This document shows positions 62,001 to 64,000 of a stretch of 64,000 bases of DNA, piece by piece (the first letter of the stretch is position 1; each line of letters starts with the position of its first letter). The translations under genes were made by a program, and so were the position numbers. The notes under the pieces are model-generated. The model did no database searches and had not been told where the DNA came from. It was given only the letters and a program-made list of their open reading frames with translations. The DNA is taken from NCBI GenBank assembly GCA_965235115.1, contig OZ249436.1:4094001-4158000 (forward strand), read 5' to 3'. Origin of the DNA: Laetmonice hystrix (Eukaryota).

Positions 62001-63891
62001 ATGTCCAACGAATGTCTTTCTAAAAGTCCTTTAAAACTACGGTCAGTAACCAAGAGATAATGTCCAACGAATGTCTTTCTAAAAGTCCTTCAAAACTACG
62101 GTCAGTAACCAAGAGATAATGTCCCAGAATTGTCTTTCAAAAAGTCCTTTAAAACTACGGTCAGTAACCAAGAGATAATGTCCAACGAATGTCTTTCTAA
62201 AAGTCCTTCAAAACTACGGTCAGTAACCAAGAGATAATGTCCAACGAATGTCTTTCTAAAAGTCCTTCAAAACTACGGTCAGTAACCAAGAGATAATGTC
62301 CAACGAATGTCTTTCTAAAAGTCCCTCAAACTATGGTCAGTAACCAAGAGATAATGTCCAACGAATGTCTTTCTAAAAGTCCTTCAAAACTACGGTCAGT
62401 AACCAAGAGATAATGTCCAACGAATGTCTTTCTAAAGGTCCTTCAAAACTACGCTCAGTAACCAAGAGATAATGTCCAACGAATGTCTTTCTAAAAGTCC
62501 TTCAAAACTACGGTCAGTAACCAAGAGATAATGTCCAACGAATGTCTTTCTAAAAGTCCTTCAAAACTACGGTCAGTAACCAAGAGATAATGTCCAACGA
62601 ATGTCTTTCTAAAAGTCCTTCAAAACTACGGTCAGTAACCAAGAGATAATGTCCAACGAATGTCTTTCTAAAAGTCCTTCAAAACTACGGTCAGTAACCA
62701 AGAGATAATGTCCAAGAATTGTCTTTCTAAAAGTCCTTCAAAACTATGGTCAGTAACCAAGAGATAATGTCCAACGAATGTCTTTCTAAAAGTCCTTCAA
62801 AACTACGGTCAGTAACCAAGAGATAATGTCCAAGAATTGTCTTTCTAAAAGTCCTTCAAAACTATGGTCAGTAACCAAGAGATAATGTCCAACGAATGTC
62901 TTTCTAATAAAACCGGCCTGCCAGTATTTTTTTTTTTGGGGGGGGGGGGGGGGTCATTAATCACAGGAAAACGATGATATTTGTTCCTACTTTAGAGTAA
63001 AGATGAATATCTGTATCTCATATAGGAGGTAGCAGTAGTTTTCACTACCTTCAGCAAATTATTATGTTTAACCTCTCAAATAACATGACAATACTGTGTT
63101 GTTATACCACAGAATGCATGTAAAGTTCACCTGCGGACACACACAGATATCTTTCCATGGCAATGCCGTTACTGCCACCGTACATTCCGGGAGAAAGGTT
63201 CCCTGGACCGCCATCTTCGTGTCCACACTGGTAGTAAACCTTACAAGTGCAGACATTGCTTGCGATGCTTTGCTGAACATGGCACCCTCAACCGTCACCT
63301 GAAGGCAAAGAGTAAGTAGGACCTGCCCCATTTTTCAAAGGTCATTTGGTATTTGACGTTGGCATTAAGTTGGAATGAGCAAGTAGGACCTGCCCCTTTT
63401 TCAAACATTATTTGGTGTTTGACGTTGGCATTAAGTTGCAAAAGTACTCCTATACTTTCGGATAGGATATTCAGAGTTGACATGTTTCAAATATTTTGCA
63501 AAATATAGAATGCTGTATGAAAGGGTTTTGGATTGTGAAACCTAATACAAGATTCATGCTATTTCAACAATTTCTTCTGTCAGGAAGACCAAATGCTATA
63601 TTTATTTGTTCCCGTCCCTGTCTTCAGTCAGGAACAATAATTTTCTGACTCCTTTTTTGTATTTAATCGTTCCCGCTAGTTCCCTGCACCAAACAGCTCC
63701 AAGTCCTGCGGGAGAAAGGCCCACGTTCGGCTCCGAGTGGTGGCGCTGCTGATGTCAGCGCCGGCGGCGATGATGGCGCCCCCACCGGCGGGGAGGAGGA
63801 TCAGACACCCACTGTGTTGGCCGAGTTCTCCTCTATGGTCGCCCACACCCAGCAATACATTATACAGACGGACGACTCACAGGACAATGTG
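44068..63891 (+). CDS. E4F1: E4F transcription factor 1 orthologue (multi-C2H2 zinc finger), at least 14 coding exons, 3' end beyond the window
   Basis: Exons (+): 44068-44122 (aaaATG, inferred first exon), 45416-45942, 49332-49482, 49610-49905, 50157-50283, 50463-50541, 51380-51587, 51747-51833, 52025-52183, 52797-53074, 60655-60830, 61529-61746, 63113-63311, 63680-63891. All GT-AG with matching phases. E4F1-diagnostic strings recalled from the vertebrate protein: EDTHRCGKCNLVFTNLEDYIHHK, FKTKGSLKRHRRRHTGERPYKC..FGESGALSRHLKSRTPCT, FREKGSLDRHLRVHTG..FAEHGTLNRHLK, TVLAEFSSMVAHTQQYII. Confidence 0.88.
44572..45135. repeat. Foldback element built from ggacatttgcccc / ggggcagatgtcc subrepeats in E4F1 intron 1
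   Basis: C-rich left arm (44572-44770) and G-rich right arm (44815-45135) are inverted versions of one motif around a ccctaac tract. The same motif occurs at 23075-23155. Confidence 0.6.
46520..46758. mobile_element. CAGGGGCGGATCC-type MITE family B, copy 2 (inverted relative to copy 1)
   Basis: caggggcggatccagg ... cctaaatccgcccctg. Related G-run elements also appear near 12590-12920, 13060-13230, 21450-21690 and 58410-58590. Confidence 0.75.
46870..48590 (+). mobile_element. Degenerate non-LTR retrotransposon (L1/Tx1-like) ORF2 reverse transcriptase fragment in E4F1 intron 2
   Basis: Translated motifs KTPGSDGLPAEFYKFFW, ISLLNTDYK, DQTAYIKGRFIGENIR, DFEKAFHTVSW, RGIRQGCPISAYLF, QVADDTTL, AGLKINLNKT, WRQRNLSIKG, NGGLKMVDF. 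Several in-frame stops and frameshifts. Confidence 0.9.
50577..51330. repeat. Minisatellite, 40-bp unit, about 18 copies, filling E4F1 intron 6
   Basis: Unit ttgtatcttggagggcttacaacttgatgacaaagtaact. Confidence 0.95.
55725..56229. repeat. Tandem repeat, about 101-bp unit, 5 copies
   Basis: agattgtggcactgtttgaggaca..caagctcacg..ggccctctcaaggtcaaact repeated. Confidence 0.95.
56443..57270. repeat. Minisatellite, 38-bp unit, about 21 copies
   Basis: Unit atggtatattaccatgtgttctggtctaatctggtcta. Confidence 0.95.
60303..60395 (-). mobile_element. tRNA-derived SINE head / tRNA-like Pol III promoter
   Basis: Minus strand has A box TGGCCGAGTGG (60379-60389) and B box GGTTCGATTCC (60313-60323). No convincing acceptor stem or cloverleaf, so not called a tRNA. 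Confidence 0.55.
60965..61204. mobile_element. Foldback MITE family A, copy 3 (E4F1 intron)
   Basis: ctgggcccggtttttg..ttccaccgtgagcaaggg ... cacggtggaagagtaaacaaaaaaggtggcccag. Interrupts a local repeat whose uninterrupted copies read cactCAGataa, supporting a 3-bp CWG target duplication. Confidence 0.8.
61728..62906. repeat. 59-bp tandem array, about 20 copies, containing the E4F1 exon 12 donor site
   Basis: Unit ttcaaaactacg|gtcagtaaccaagagataatgtccaacgaatgtctttctaaaagtcc. The first copy is the true exon end at 61746. Confidence 0.97.
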
Positions 63892-64000
63892 GTCAGCGTT
63901 CGTTTCTCTCTACATCTAAAGTTGTTTTACTAGGTCACCAGGGGGCGCCATGGTCTGACACTGTCCGCTACCTTATGTTATTTGTCGGTCACCAATAGGT

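Noticed and set aside
341..62906. CRISPR-like appearance of the 31-45-bp repeat arrays
   Set aside because: Units are head-to-tail with no unique spacers, there are no cas genes, and the context is a spliced eukaryotic locus.

Overview
Eukaryotic genomic DNA from an intron-containing, repeat-rich animal genome, probably a marine invertebrate (inference). No prokaryotic features or CRISPR. Four protein-coding genes were rebuilt exon by exon with GT-AG sites and consistent phases, arranged as two head-to-head pairs. PRPSAP (-, 9 exons, 361 aa) faces NTHL1 (+, 5 exons, about 402 aa). RING1/RNF2 (-, 3 coding exons, 344 aa) faces an E4F1 orthologue (+, at least 14 exons, running off the right end). 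The first 23 kb has no recognisable gene and consists of minisatellite arrays, MITEs and decayed fragments. Most long ORFs in the supplied track are artefacts of these arrays. The most unusual signal is that several intronic arrays are amplified copies of the host gene's own exon/intron junctions: 21 decoy acceptors before the last PRPSAP exon, about 9 decoy donors after PRPSAP exon 3, and about 19 decoy donors after E4F1 exon 12. In the acceptor array, only the copy next to the real exon carries a substitution creating a branch-point-like TTAAC. All coordinates and copy numbers were read by eye.
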